Assembly: GCA_030704615.1 (NCBI GenBank) | Contig: CM060734.1 | Coordinates: 52,886,001-52,950,000, forward strand | Origin: Takakia lepidozioides | Lineage: Eukaryota; Plantae; Bryophyta | Direction: 5' to 3' | DNA: 64,000 nt | Shown here: positions 49,701-64,000 of the stretch, piece by piece | Position numbering within the stretch: the first letter of the stretch is position 1 | Layout of the letters: every line of letters starts with the position of its first letter | Position numbers and translations under genes: made by a program | The notes under the pieces: generated by a model | Database searches by the model: none | What the model saw: only the letters and a program-made list of their open reading frames with translations | What the model was told of the DNA's origin: nothing

Positions 49701-52700
49701 GGTAAAAATGCCAAAACACGCTGTCCTCTCCCTCCTTCCCAATTTGATAGCATGAGACCACAGGTGCCCATGTGGTACAGAGCATAGCACCCATGGCTCG
49801 ATGATGTTTAGAGCACTATCAAGTTTGAGCCAGTTAGCATGAAGGTCAATCTAGGATGCAAGACAGCCATGGCAATTTCATAATCATTTACAACAAAACT
49901 GTTAAAAACAAGATGCAAATCAGCACACCTACTATTTAAGCGAAGTAGAACCTGGAAGCTGAGATGGTCGCACAGAAAGTTCCAGTATATGCTCCCCGCT
50001 GGATAGGTTTGAAGTCTTCTTCACACGTGACTTTGCAAGTACTTTAGCATTTATCTTTTGTCCCACCATGAAACTGTTGAGAGGGTTCCCTACTTCAAAC
50101 CTGTCCGTCACCTACTCAAAGGTTATCCAATAAAAAGTTTTAGACAGTTTTATTGGCAAAAAACTTGGCAATGGTGTGTGCAGCAGTATGCTGGATCAGG
50201 CAGTGTACCTGAAAAGAGGTACAAATTCCGACCCTACAGACATTCGATGGCAATCTTGTGAAGGATGTTCTTGCCAAACTCTTAGGCCCTACCCCTAGGG
50301 GTGTATTCAGAGGAATTTCCAGGTACATCTAGTCACTATATCAATTAAACTGGCAGGCTTTCCAATGACAAAATGAGAAACAGCATGCTGCTACATGCTT
50401 GGAAACACCTAAATTCAGACCTCCATAATAGTAATTGCAAAGATTGGAGAATGAATGCTAGTATGAGACACCTGCGCTACACCCTGAATCAGAGGATTAA
50501 AAGTGTGTACAACCTGTATTGTACCTTCAGTAACCACTATAATCCTACCAATTGCTATTTGAGCTAAAGCAACCCTGGAAGCAAATCCAGGCAGAAGAAA
50601 GTAGAAGTAATACATCCACAAGAGGCCAACAGACTAAATGCAAATAAGAAGAACACCACAATAGAACTAGAGAAGGTCAACACTGGAATGCTGCCTCTCT
50701 CTCCCTCTGCCCTCCCCCACACTTCTGTCACCCTCCCATCTTCTCCCACCCTCTGTGAACACAACACAATGTGACTTGCCTGAGTGATGTGCACATGTCC
50801 CTGCATTGTCTTGCTGATTTGCACCATCATGCCCAAAGGCTCAACGGAGACAACCTGCCCCAACCCGAATGTCAGATGGCCTGAAACTAGTCTAGACCCT
50901 TTGGGAAGCCCGTCTTCATCCACCACATTAGATGCACTTGGGAGCCAGGGAGAGTAGGTTTATAAACATGGCCAAAGGTCAAATGGCTCGACACCCAGTC
51001 TAAGCCCTTGGAAAGAACGTCTTCGTCCACCTCATTATATCCACCAGGAAGTGTCAGTTTACAACAATGGAGCATGTAATCTTCTCAAAATAGGTCAGCA
51101 TCACTTTTGGCTCAATAGAACTAACCTAATACATATCCAGATACTCACCTCTCTCGAGATTCAGCTGAGTAATTACATATGAGTTAGATTTCACTCATAA
51201 ACATTGTGCTTAGTGAGGTATAATGCTCCCAGCCAACATCACAAGTTTGCACTAGAGGCTCCACTTCCAACACCTCTGGAAAGGGACAACACATAGGATC
51301 TGTTGAAGATGATGAAAGAAAGACTGGGAGCACTATAGACAGCAGAAATTACCTCTGCTTCAACCACAGAGCCAACATCATAGGTCGAGTCTCGGCGGGG
51401 CTTCTTAGAGCTAGGAATCACATGAGGATCACTAGTAATTAATAGCAGCATCCTCCCGCCTGTGCCTTCCTCTGCCAGGACTTGCACTGTTGCCGCTAGC
51501 CTGCTTCCATGTAAACAATGTATGTGGTAATTCTAATATGTGCTTGATAACCATAAGTAACTCCCCTGTCTAGCTTCTTACGATACATGACACACATCCC
51601 AATGGCACCTGTTCTAGGAACACATCTGATCCAAAATAACAATCGAAGGATAAACTCTTGCAACTCCATGTGTCAGACCAGATCAAACCTCCAGCAGTTG
51701 CAACGTATCCCATTGGACCCTACTGCAACAAGGACAGTTTTGAGACACAACCTGAACCTGATTGGCTCTACAGCCGGATAACAAATTCAAAATCAAGCAC
51801 TGCCATGTACTGTAGAGCTACCCAGCAGCCTACTGCATCATTGCAGAAGGGCACCTACCTCTGACCAGGCCTGTAACGCTGGTGAGAATCTACCACCTGT
51901 GAATTAAAGTCACGTGTTGATGCAAAGCCTATGGCATTGCCCTGGTCTGGAAGCGATAAGACCTGCCAACCAATACCACTGCGTTTGCTCATCCCAAAGA
52001 CTTCATTAATTGACAATGCCCCTACACCACAAATGACATCCTCTTCATCAATGTGCTCTAGGTGTCTCATTAATGCTGGCCCTTCAATGTCCTAACCCTA
52101 GCACCCATGTTTTCCGAAGCCCACTGGCAACTCTAGACTGGCAGGGTATCCTGCCCATGAGACTCCAGGATCAGCTTCTGATAAGTACAGGACAAACAGT
52201 CTCTCCTGAGGAAAATTGTGACATCATATTTTACAGCTTACCCATGAGGTACTGGCTTTTTCCAGCAGTCTACTGCACTTCTATATGCAGTGGCACTCAG
52301 GGCCTCCCGTGGACATACAAACTTGAGCTACTTACTTCTTTTACTTCATTGTAAGGGGCAAAACATCCCTCAGAGCATCCCCATCATCTCTACCTTATAA
52401 ATTGTTCAGGTCTTTCAACTTTCATGTGGATCCAACGAATCTGTGTCTTTTGAAACCATCTCTGACAAGCTCCGTCAAAGAGTGGCTTTTCAACTCCCTG
52501 CTATCTATGGCTGTGACTTTGGGCCCTTGGGGTCCCATTCCTGTTGAGGGAACCTCTCTAGAGACATCTTTCCTTCAAGGAGAATGCTTGGGGCTAGATG
52601 CACAACACCATTTCAGATATTATAAGCTCAATTTCTTGCATAACCCTCAAACTCAGCCCTGTTTTGACTCCCAATCTGCCTCACAAGGTTGCCATATCTC

Positions 52701-55700
52701 CCCCACAGGTGGTTACATGTCCGTGCCCTCCAACCATTGTCTCTCCATTGCATCCCTTATTCCCTCAAGAAGGTCCGGAAATTCTTTCCAAGCAAAACCA
52801 TAACAAGCTGATTAGACAGCAGATGATGGAACTAAACGGTAAGTGGACCTCGAATCAGTGATCAGCTGCTCCACTTGCATAAAAAGTGATGTGGGTAGAG
52901 ATTGACACTTCCCTACTGGAATATGAGGCACTTCGACTGTTCTTAGGATCCTCTGGTTCAGCTGTGTCATTCTACTGCGTCCCAAAGGCCTACAACGGAC
53001 TCAAGAAAAAAGAACAGTCTTCTCTTGCTCCCAAAGACACCGTTCCACTCATGACTTTTATAGCACATCGTTGTGATGTCCAGTTTCTGGAACATAAGGA
53101 TCACATGTGTAGATGATGATACTTTGAGGAGGAGCTACTCTTCTGTTCATAATTGCAAACGCTTTACCGAATCCAAATTCATTCACCAGAATGACAAAAA
53201 CTCACCAGGTAGTCATCTTTCACAAGTTCAACAATTGCAGACACCTTCTGATACAGCTCCACGCTCTCTTTCAGCACAGGATTGTGTCTCTGCTTTACAG
53301 ATCATACATACCAAATTTTTAACAATAATCTTCTAATAAAGTTGAGGTACATATATTCCCTCCAAGGTCCACAGTACACGGCAAATCCCTCAGTGAAACT
53401 TTCCAGAGGCTTGCCCACTACCACCATCTTCTACTTACCCTACACATAGACCCACTTTTCTCTACATGTTATCAGTCATATTACTGAACTTTGATAGAAC
53501 GTGTCCCTCCCCATTGCAACCTGCACCCCTGAGATTCAACACCAATACTGGCTCCATTCCTCAAAAACAGTTTAAAGACTTGCTTTTGCTACTCAGAAAA
53601 AAGACAGATCAATTGAAGTGCATAAACACAAGGATAAATTCGAGAGCTTTAATGGAAAGCAGAAAAGGCCCTTGGGCACTCCTCACATCAGACAAATAGA
53701 GCTGGCATGATTTTGCAGAGTGTGTAATCCACCATTCCAGTCCCATGTTCACAAAGTTGATACATAGGCTACCACCTCTGCATCTGTGTCAGATCTGTGA
53801 GAGCAACTGAAGATAAACCTCCTCAGTTACTTTCACAGATACATCACAGAATCGAAGTGGTGGCATGCCTTCAGCCAATTCTGGTTTGCTTAGTTGAATC
53901 AAAACAGAATCCAGTCTGTTGCCAACCCCTGTCCCCAGGTTTTGACATTGGCATAAAACTTGCATGACATCCGCCGCACAGTTCTCTTTGTTGGCAGTTG
54001 TGTTAGTCCGAGAAAACATCCACACAGAACCTAGATTACAGACTTTAGTCACTTGCATAACACGACGACTTACAAGCAACACAATCAACAGGAGAAACTT
54101 TGCCAATCACCCTGATCACCCCTCTTTTTAGGCAATATAGCACTCTTGTAGCCAACCTACAGCCTAAACAGAAAGCAAAAGGGACTTAGAGTATGAGGTA
54201 AAGCTGGTGAGCCAAAATAGAGAATACAGGGTCGCCTTCCACCTGGAATGTGTGGGAAGGGATGTATTCAAGAAGCGCTTTGCAGTCTTGTGGCCTAAAA
54301 TAGAGAGGGAGAGAGACAGAAAAAGAGACTTGAGAATCCTACTGTAATGCGCAATCTGCAAACTGGTTAGAACCCACCTTTAGCTTAGTTTTTTCTTTCT
54401 TTAGCAATATCTTTGACTCAGTCACTGGAAACAGTTCAGGGCGAAGGGTCAGGTCTGCAATCCCATCTGCCCTGACAACGTCCAGCACTCGTGCTTGAAC
54501 CAGCTTCCCAACTTCAACTGGCCTGTCCACTGTCATGCACAACAGACAAGAGTATTGTGTATTACAAGGCGAAGGTAACATACTGGATAGCAAAACCATA
54601 TATCTATGGTAAAGAAGATTGGCGTACACTGATAGTGTGTAACAAAGCCCACCACATCGCTGTGACTTTGTAAACTGACAATGACACCATAGTCCTTGAT
54701 CTCCTGAATCTCCCCCTCCACACAGGTACCAATGGCAAGGCTATCCGTCCATTCCAGATTAGATACTCCACTGCCTTCAACAATCTGAACAGAGCAGCCC
54801 AACCAAAGAAACCCTCTCAACCTCACCCGATACTCCTGGCTACTCTTAGTACAGTAAGGACCGGGTAGTACACAAGGAAACTACTCTACATGCATCGAAT
54901 TAATTTACGTAGCTCAATTTATGACAGACCTCGTGAGAAGCAGTGAAGAGGTACTTAAACCAAAAGCAAGACGATGTAAAGAGAGGAAGAGACATGCCAT
55001 GGGAGGAAAATAGAAGGGCAGACTGAATCTGACCCAAGAAAGAGGTAGAGATAAACCCATGGTAAGTAGCCTACTCCGACGTCACACTTGCCATGAATAC
55101 TTTCCAATAATGCACTTAGACACAAACTAAATTCCAAGAGCCAGAAAAACAAAACCTGGACAACTACAAACTTACCTTATCCTCCTCCAGAAAGTACCCT
55201 TGAATTAGGGAGCCGTCTGTGGAGAAGCAGACAGATTGCTTCAGACATACACTGAACTTGCCAGTCTCCAAATTGACCTTCACGAATGAACATGACGATT
55301 CTAAGGTTAGGAAAAACGATTCAGAAAAAGTCCAGTCTATTGCATTGGCTCAGGAGAACCCATGAAACTGCAAACATTTCACAATACATGAAATCAAACA
55401 AAGTCACCGAAAAGATAAGAGCAGCAACCCTTACATCTAGCACTTGAGCACGCACAGACTGTCCAACACTGAAGTGATTCGATGGGTCCCTCACAAATTC
55501 ATCCGCCACCTACAGAAAAGTCCACCATATGCTGAAAGAAAAAGACAAACACGGAAAGCACCATACAAGCCTTGGAAGAGGAACAGAATAACCTGCAAGG
55601 GGCTATTACACCATGGATGTATTTTCACCTCTGGGACCTCTACCCCCCAAAAAATGCACACCTTCCATCAAATGAATCATTTCTTGGTAGACACAATCAT

Positions 55701-58700
55701 TCAAAGATGCATTCCAAGTGCCATCAAATCCCACCCTGCATGCTATAGAAAAGTCCATTTACTACATGGAAACACATGCAAAACTTTAGCAATTTCCAAA
55801 CAAGCCTGGTTCTCCAACAAATGAGGCAGCAGGCATCACATACACACTACAAGACTCAAAATTCTTCCTTCATTGGACCCAGAAAGGGACCCTGGTCTAT
55901 AAACCTGGAATTGATAACAAACAAAACCATATATGGTAGTGGATTTCATCACAAACAAAGAGATCAAACCAACAAACACTAAGCAATTCACAAACAAAGC
56001 TATGCAAAGATGTACCTGAGGGATGCTTGCAAGCCCGGTCAGGCGTCCCAAAAATCGGACAAAGCAACCCCTTTCTGTGATATTTGCTATATAACCCTAC
56101 ACCAAACAATACCAACAACATACAAACATGGACTATCAACATGTACCAGTAACGCCTCCAGCAATAAACTACAGCATGCAAGTCACCATTGTAAACCAGG
56201 AAACTGAAACACAAACAGCAAAAAGTTTCTAGAAACAATCAGTGTTGCTCACTACAAGAATAACTGGTTTTTTTAGTCAGAAATACGACAACACATCCTC
56301 AGGAAGAAAGAAAAGATGTGATACCAGAAAAAATAAACCTACAAACTGTGTCCCGCTTTGGTTGATATTCCAATCATGCCCAGATTCCATACACAACATA
56401 TACTGATACAGCCAGCTAAAAGATATTCCAGTCCATACCGGAATGATGGCTTGCACTTGTAGTTGGGAAACATCTGATGGTAGCGATGCCACTGCTTGCA
56501 AGAGAGAATACTTTGCTGAAATGATCAACTTCTGCTTCTCCGTTATTTCTGAAACTCACACAGTGTACCCCATAAATGGCATGTGGAACCAAAACAAGCT
56601 ACACTCTCTCAAAATAAACAGGGGGAGGAGGAAGGATACAAACAGAAAGCTCTCCTGGTAACAGTTTCTTCGGTCACTTACTAGGAGAAAATGACAGGCA
56701 TACCGAGAACAAGGAGACGATCGAACTTGAGCCCAATTTTCATGACCCCCCTTAGCTGCTCAACATGTCCTGTTCCACCCACACAGCCCTCAAGATCCTC
56801 TCACTCTTTGCGCCTCCCCTCACCCCCTGAACAATGCTGCTTCCAAGTTACAGGGCAAGATAACCACACCAAAATGTTCCATTAACTTAGAATCAAGTGC
56901 CGGACTTTGGTTACGTGATGCTAGACTCCACAACTTAATCACTTTATGGAAAGAGCTGCAGAAAAAAGGTCACAACTGACAACAAGGAAGACTAGTTTTG
57001 ACTCACCTACACTGTCAGCCAGGTGAGGGAAGGATAAGACTCCTTTCATCACCCCCTTGGCTGTTGGAACATCTAGCATAATACCATCCGCACCCACATG
57101 GGCAACTGTTCCAGATAAAATGATTCCAGGTTTCACTTCCTTCCCTGCTCCCTGAATTCCTTTGTCCCTACAGAATTTAGAACCCATCCACCATATCGCT
57201 GTCACAACACAACCAATCATCCTCCTTCAACTCCTTTCCCAAGCAGATTACCATTGCCACATCGTCAATGTCACCAAACAACACCCAAGCTTTTCCTTTT
57301 CTCAAGACGCATTCTAGGCAGGTTTGATAGTTTATCGTACAAAACATTCATCTACAAAGAGTTGGAAATGACCAAAACCTGGACAACACTATAATCTTTC
57401 AAATAACAAAGTGGAGCTCCTAGGGACCATCTGCCCAAACCCACAAGACCCCATCCAGAATCCTGGCAATGGTTATGATCTCAGTGCCTCCTATACACAC
57501 CAACATACAATAAATAAAGTTGCTAATATAGTTGCAAAGAGTTTAATTGTCACTTCTGAGAGATATTATATAGATTGAGGACACACCTGAGGGAGGAGGT
57601 GACAAAGCTGAGGGAGAGGCGGGAAGACGAGGGATCAGAACGTATCACACGACACTTGATACTTTGGCCCACATGGAAAACAGTGTCCGCCTTGACACCT
57701 GCATCAATACCAAGCTCTGTCCTGGAGGCAAATAACACCTAGCAACTTCAGAAAAGAGATGTCATAAACGCACCACCAGAGAAACTTGCAGGCTTAGTCA
57801 ATACACAAACGATCCACATGCACAGAGTCTTTACTTCAGTCCTATCCACATGAAAATTTTAAAAAATTCTTTCCTAGCTTGTAGAACTCATGCCAGAAAC
57901 AACTAAACAATATTACAGACCAGTCATAACACAAGAGTAAAGAGACCTCTTGCACAGCCAGACAAGTTCACAGGATGTTAATTAAGAAACAGGGGCAGAA
58001 GGCTTGCCTGTGTGCAAGGCCTTTCACATCGTTGTAGAAACTCACAAAGCAGCCATACTCTTCAATACCCGTTATATAGCCATGTGTCACAAGGCCCTCT
58101 ACAGCATCATCATAGCTAGTTACTGGTGTCAGCTTGGATGTCACCTGGACCCATCATTTTGCATGGACCCCATAAGCAGTTGTCACTAACTCCTCTTGTT
58201 CAATATGAAAGAACATAACCTCCCATATTATTCTTCTACCTTCAAGGAACTGGCAGAAGAGAGGTTAAAAAGAATTTCACAATTGGAAACAAATGAAAGA
58301 TATGCCACAGAGATTTGACAAAAGGAATAGAAAACACTGACCATAATTTTCTTGTGTGTGAGACTGATCTTCTTTGCTTGGAGGTCACACGTCAAAACTC
58401 GAAACTTCATCCTGACTCCCACCTGGGCAGTGTCACCGTGGAAGGTCTTTTAGAGACAAGCAAGACCCCATAACACATATAGGACAAGAAAAATCATGCC
58501 CACTCTAATGCCTCAAAACGTACTCAAAATAGATAACACAGAGGGACAGAATTTAGCACTAGACTCGTTCCTCCTGCTGAGATGTTGTGCTTTCTTCCGG
58601 ATTGAGAGTAAGCCAAGAACCTGGAACTTCGCACTTGGAGCCACTCTTGGAAATTCAGACATGTGCTGGAGAGGGCAGAGGGCTCTCAGCCCATCAGCCA

Positions 58701-61700
58701 ACTGTATGAAGGCACCATATGGCTCCACATTTGCAACTGTGCCTCGCACTACCATGGCTGGCTTCACATCTGCATAGCCGAGCAACAGCTGCTCGACAAC
58801 TGATTCCTGCATCCAAACACAATATTGCAGTTAATATTTCCTTTCCATCGGCAACCATATGGTGTGGCATATGGACTGTCCAACAGTAGTACACTACACA
58901 AGGAAGATGAAGATGTCCCTTGACACAAGAGTAGCCACTTATGTGTAAAATAGCAGGATAAGCATGCTGCATGTTGCATAAGAAGAAAGCATCTTCAGGG
59001 GGGAGAGATTGTACTCATAAGACGTTGTTTGCCGTAGCCTTGTGGCCATTGACCCCGCGCCCAGTTTGAGCGGGAACAAAAGGGGAGAGATTGTACTCAT
59101 AAGACGTTGTTTGCCGTAGCCTTGTGGCCATTGCAAAAGGGGAGAGAGAGAGAGAGAGAGAGAGGGGAGGGGGAGAGGTGGGGATGCCAAAACAACAAAA
59201 CAGGTTACAACCAAGACCTTCAAAGAAGCAATGGCCAAGGCATCCATGATCCGAAACCCTATTACACGGCTGCGCACTTTCTTGCCCTCCTTGTAGATCT
59301 TTTCCAGCTTTGCAACGTGCTCATCAGACACATTTGATATCTACACCAGAACAATGAATTAATCATGATCCTGTGAGTTACCATATACCAAACCAATTGT
59401 ATTTGTTGGGAGAATACCAGGTCCCAGATAATCAACTTCGATCCTACAATTTGCCTTGACATAATATACAAGCCAGAGTACCGTAGTTAAGCACAAGACC
59501 ATCTCAAGCCCCTACACCTCCCTCTGCTTTCACAAAAAAGGTATATTAAGCCCAGGAATATGTTTCTCAAAAGCATTCAAAATAACAAGGAATTTAAACC
59601 TCTCACAACAACCACTAGTTTGAATGGGAGAACTGACAATCCAACAGGGCAACCACAGTAACCCACATGGACATATGCAGCAGCAGCAGAGTCCTTGCAT
59701 GGAAGCTCAAGAAGTAGCCCAATAGTTGGGTCCACCCGACGCACAACTGCCTTCTCAAAAACATCCCCCACCTCCACAGCCTGCAACCAACACATTCTTA
59801 CCTTGTCATGAAGTTCTCTCTCTATAGCCAGTGATGAATACAAGCTACAACACAAGGTGCAAAACATATAATCGAACAGTGTGTTAATGTAGTATTCTTT
59901 GACTGGACACAAGGAAACCAGCCCACTAATCAAGCGAAACAGATACTGCAACCTGAAGGCACCCTTAAAAGAGGGCTCCAATGCTTGAGATAAACAATGG
60001 ACTTACCAGGGAAGGGGCTGTATAACGGAGAAGTTGTGGGTTGAGTGTCAGCCCCACTGACTTAGTGACTGGATTTACAAACAGAATCCGTGCTTTTAAC
60101 TGACACATGCAACCAGGACGTGCATTAACATATCAAACCAAGTTTCGGCAGCTGAAATTTTCCAGATAAAGTTGACAGCTCAGGAAGTACTGCACATGTG
60201 ATATTATATACTTTAATATGCATAATAATGCAGTAGTACTACTTCTGGCTGTCCCAGAAACCTATCAAGAAGACTCCAGGTGCATATCTTTATTTTCCAA
60301 ATCCTTTCTTGCCAGTCATCCATCAACCCAAGCTAACCATCAAATTTTGTAGTAACTCATGTGATGGGTTAGCCTGTCAAGAAGTTGAGACTCGTCAATC
60401 ACTTCACCCAACAATCAAAGAGAGCATTCCAAGCCATGTTCACTCTAACAATGTCCACCACAAGGTGCATAAGAACCTATAGAGATTTGGTAATCACCAA
60501 GATGCAGGTCTGTCCCAGTCTTTCTTTCCGTCCACTCAGCTCAGTAAAGCAAGAGCCAAGAAATTTTTAAAACGCAACAAATGGAAAGGAAGCTTACACG
60601 CTGGTTTACAGAATACTTCTCACTCCACTTCGGACCAGGCAGTGGGTCCTCAAGATGAAAGATGTCAACCTAAATCACCATCAAATACATGCAATGAGCA
60701 CACCTATTCCAGTGTAATAATTAGGCATGGCTTCAAGTCTTTTCCCACTTTTGACAGCGAAATTTGCAAAACTCAATGGAGTTATTGCCAGAAAGCACTG
60801 TTCTTATGTCACACATTTCATATAAGATATTGAAACAACAACCAGAATATAGAAAATACTGTCGGTTAGCTACGAGCCTTATTTTACTGAATTTTAGGTG
60901 AATTGTATTGGCAAACCAAAACACCATTTACTCGAACCCTGTTCAACCCTACAAATCTGGAGAAAATGTGTTCCTCCCTATAAAATTAGCTGCATAAGAC
61001 TTGTGAGTTCCATTGCAAAACCAGGAAGGAATCTTTGAAAAAATAATCAAGAGACCGAGTAAATGGTTATGTGCCTTACAGTTCCAGAAAAGTAAGTAAG
61101 AAAGGAGAGGAGAACCCCATTGTTCATGATTGCTCGCACGCGTACGTTAACCAGTGATCCAGGCATGAGGAGCTCTAGTGTCAGGCCTGCATACTCTTTT
61201 ACCTTTCAACCCACCACATTTGACTCTCATCAAGACATGAAAGTCCAAAACAATCTGCTTATAGCATGTCTGCTTGGACTCAAACTTCAACTACGTTTCA
61301 ATCAACTTACTACTAAACTCTGTACTTAGATAGCTGATGAGAGATAATTATGAGAACGAACACAGCAAACCCCAGCAAGAAATGAGTAAGCGAGACAAAG
61401 AAAACCCACTGTATCCAAAATGAGGAAGTATGTCCAACAAATCCAACATATGAGACTAAAGAGCCTCCCAGGCGCTCAACACATCCAACCAACTTATGGC
61501 AGCACTGCAATACCATAACCCAATAGTTGTTGTCAAGCAAGCACCACAGCCAAGTAAGCAGAGGAACCAGAGCTTAGCCTGGGAAGATTAAGTACTGTGT
61601 TGGACGCCACCAGAGAAGGAGTGGACTTCAATGTCACGGTACCCCTCTTCTTGTCTACTGAGGTCACTACACCTTGCACAAGTTGTCCTTTCCGCAGCTT

Positions 61701-63778
61701 GGGTGCCTCTTCTCCTGTTCACACCCATACCACTACAATCTAAGACTGCATTCTTTGACGAGCTAGATTCTATCTCTCTTGCAGCCTACCTGCATGAGGG
61801 ACACATCTGATGTTGGTTTGGATTACTCTGCTACCCATGCATCACCATGGCCTCTTTCTCTCACTCCCTCCCTGCAGTGCTCATTTTCTTGTGTGTGTTT
61901 TGTTCAACTTTACTTTGAGAAGCATAGAGGTTAGAACTAGGATTACCATGTTATGTTGGCCGGAAAGCATTCCTGCTGTGTGGTTAAAACAAGCAAAAAA
62001 TGGATTAGAGAGTGGAAGACCTCATGTTTTGGATGCGCACACAGATCTGATTAAATGAGACACTGCTTCAGAAATACAAGGCTGCTGGTAGTTACCATCC
62101 ATGTAATTGCGATGTAACAGGAAACCAGACATGACAGACACCCCAAAGGAGAGCAGATAGCCATGATCCTCCACACTCACAACTGTTGCTGTCATCACCT
62201 GCAACAAATACACTTGACAAATCAGCATCCTGCATCCAAAACAAATCCTAGGTCTCAAATCCTATGAGGGATTAAAATACAACATTAGAAGGTTCTTACT
62301 TGGCCTTCATGTACAGCATCAATCATAAGCCCTTCATGAAGATAGCCAAGGCGCAGTGAGAGCTCAATGCGTCGACCTTTCTTCTCTTGCTTGCCCTTTG
62401 CAAGCTCCAATTTGAGCACCGTGCACGCCACCAATTGCCCAACAATGAACAACTCCATCAATGGTGAGACCTCATTTTCCTGTATGAGAACCGATTCAAA
62501 CTTCAGCTGAAGTCCCAAGCTATGTGGAGGGGCTCATTTGCTACTACAATTGATAAGACGTTAAGTACAGTGTTGCATCTGTGAATACACCGTACCTCTA
62601 CATACAAAAACTAGGGCATTCATCTTGTGACTTAAAAGGTCAAAACTTGATTGCACATGAAAGGCACCATCAGGGGTTTCTAGTCGTTCAAGTGGCAACA
62701 CTCCAACAGATACCTGGAACCATTCTGCCATACATCCAAGATAAGGCTCAGCCTTAGTATCTAGAAGAGCATTTGATAAAAACCGAATGATAAAATCAAC
62801 GTCATAATACCTCATCATTGCCTCCTACCAGATGGCCATCATTCTCCATCAATGGTACCTCCTCATTTTTACGCCGTTTCTTAACCTTTTTGCTGGCTTT
62901 CACATTGTTCTTGAACAACACATCCGAAGCCTCCTCAGCCAATACAAACCCCCGTAACCCTCCAGGAAGGCTAACCACCAGATCCTTGTTGTTGATCTCC
63001 GCAATGGCTCCCCATATTTTCATCCCAACACAAAGGCTCTGCAGGTATGTGAAGCAATCAACAACTTGCTGGCAACTGGCAAAGGGCAGCAGTATATTCT
63101 GTGCCACGCACACACTCAACCACATCCTATCCCCAAAAACTAATGTCCCTCTAACTCTTTCTGCAAAATGGCGACAGCTGATAGACACGGTCACCTTGGA
63201 GCCCGTAGATGCCACCTAAGAAACCAGTTAGGCAGCACACTATCACATGTAGGTTAAAGAGTATCGAGTGTCTAATTCTGTGTTTATTTTCGGGCGTGTA
63301 CAGCTGTGTTAGTGTCATGGTCTCCCACCTTGTACCGCAGCATCTCCACAGACTTTGGGAGGTTCCCGGTAACTCCACCAGTGAGAAGGACATCTTCCTC
63401 ACCGGGCCCCTTATCCTTAGCTCTGAGAGGCCCACTGTAACGCTTCTTTGGCTGCTTTCTCTCCTTTTCAAACTCCGCATCTGCCTGGGCGCGGGCTTCA
63501 CGAATCTCAGCAGCAGTCAATGCGCTCGCCCCCCCTGCAGGAAAACACCCAAAAAAATTCCAGTGAGTGCAAGACCATACAGGCCCATATAGGGAGAAAA
63601 AAAAAATGGTATCATACTAGAAATCACCACATCGAACTGGTCGTGGAAGTAGAAGGAGAGACACAAGGATAATACCTCTTGGGAAATCAGCATCGTCGTT
63701 TAATGGCACCGATGTTGCAGCCCTCTTCTGAAATTCATCGGCTCCCGCTGCTTCATCCTTTTTCCTCTTCCCAGCCAT
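43711..63778 (-). CDS. RRP5: rRNA biogenesis protein RRP5 (tandem S1 domains + C-terminal HAT/TPR repeats), ~40 exons
   Basis: ATG 63778 ([12 protein letters not shown]), [24 protein letters not shown], many S1 repeats, [101 protein letters not shown] (stop at 43711). Confidence 0.96.
48385..48831. repeat. ~230-bp near-identical tandem duplication in an RRP5 intron
   Basis: ggattgttaagctgtc...caagactgcacactca at 48385-48600 and 48614-48831. Confidence 0.92.
52200..53050 (-). mobile_element. Heavily decayed LINE reverse-transcriptase relic in the long RRP5 intron (~51963-54376)
   Basis: Frameshifted RT-like motifs in the expected order on the minus strand: DPKN..R..VGK (~52950), GVKQG (ggagtcaaaacagggc, 52671-52656), VKEVSS.K (52344-52327). 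Confidence 0.35.
59006..59133 (-). mobile_element. Two tandem 3'-terminal fragments (79 bp and ~46 bp) of the same LINE found in the GC1 intron
   Basis: 59006-59084 is the exact reverse complement of 17512-17590. 59088-59133 repeats the terminal part. Adjacent (GA)n tract at ~59142-59164. Confidence 0.92.
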
Positions 63779-64000
63779 AAAATTCTGGCCTCTCTGTTTC
63801 TCCTTTGCACAACAAATTGCGCACCAGCCACTTTGGTGGGAGGAGAAAAAAAGAACATAAAACTTCACAGAATTTCCATATTAAACTACGAGGCCGACAG
63901 CCCCCACACCAAAACTTCTAGGAGCACCACGGGCATGAAATCGCAGTCAAGATACTTCAAACTCAGAGACAAACAAATGCTTTCGAATCACTACTGAACT

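Noticed and set aside
60630-60640. tcggaccaggc matches the first 11 nt of miR166
   Set aside because: The remaining positions do not match, there is no hairpin, and it lies in an RRP5 coding exon; most likely chance.

Overview
This is eukaryotic nuclear DNA from a land plant. The gene density, intron style and class-A ARF sequence suggest a non-seed plant such as a bryophyte, but that is inference. Conserved genes: clathrin light chain (-), GC1/SulA-like SDR39U1 plastid epimerase (+), an intronless chloroplast NADP-malate dehydrogenase (-), a class-A auxin response factor (-) and a ~20 kb multi-exon RRP5 (-). The most unusual part is 239-6791, a nearly perfect 6.55 kb palindrome. It holds two head-to-head, intronless copies of an unrecognised secreted protein built as signal peptide + 4 x [invariant 33-aa aromatic/His-rich head + (FPSYPSGG)n + X-Ala/X-Pro linker], with a fossil fifth unit just past the stop codon. 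This layout fits a multi-unit peptide precursor or a Tyr-crosslinked structural protein. Also present: a recently active non-LTR retroelement whose 3' ends stack in tandem next to (TC)n tracts in two genes, about five heavily decayed LRR-like relics between genes, three GC-AG introns and several small duplications. Exon boundaries were read by eye; those marked '~' are approximate.
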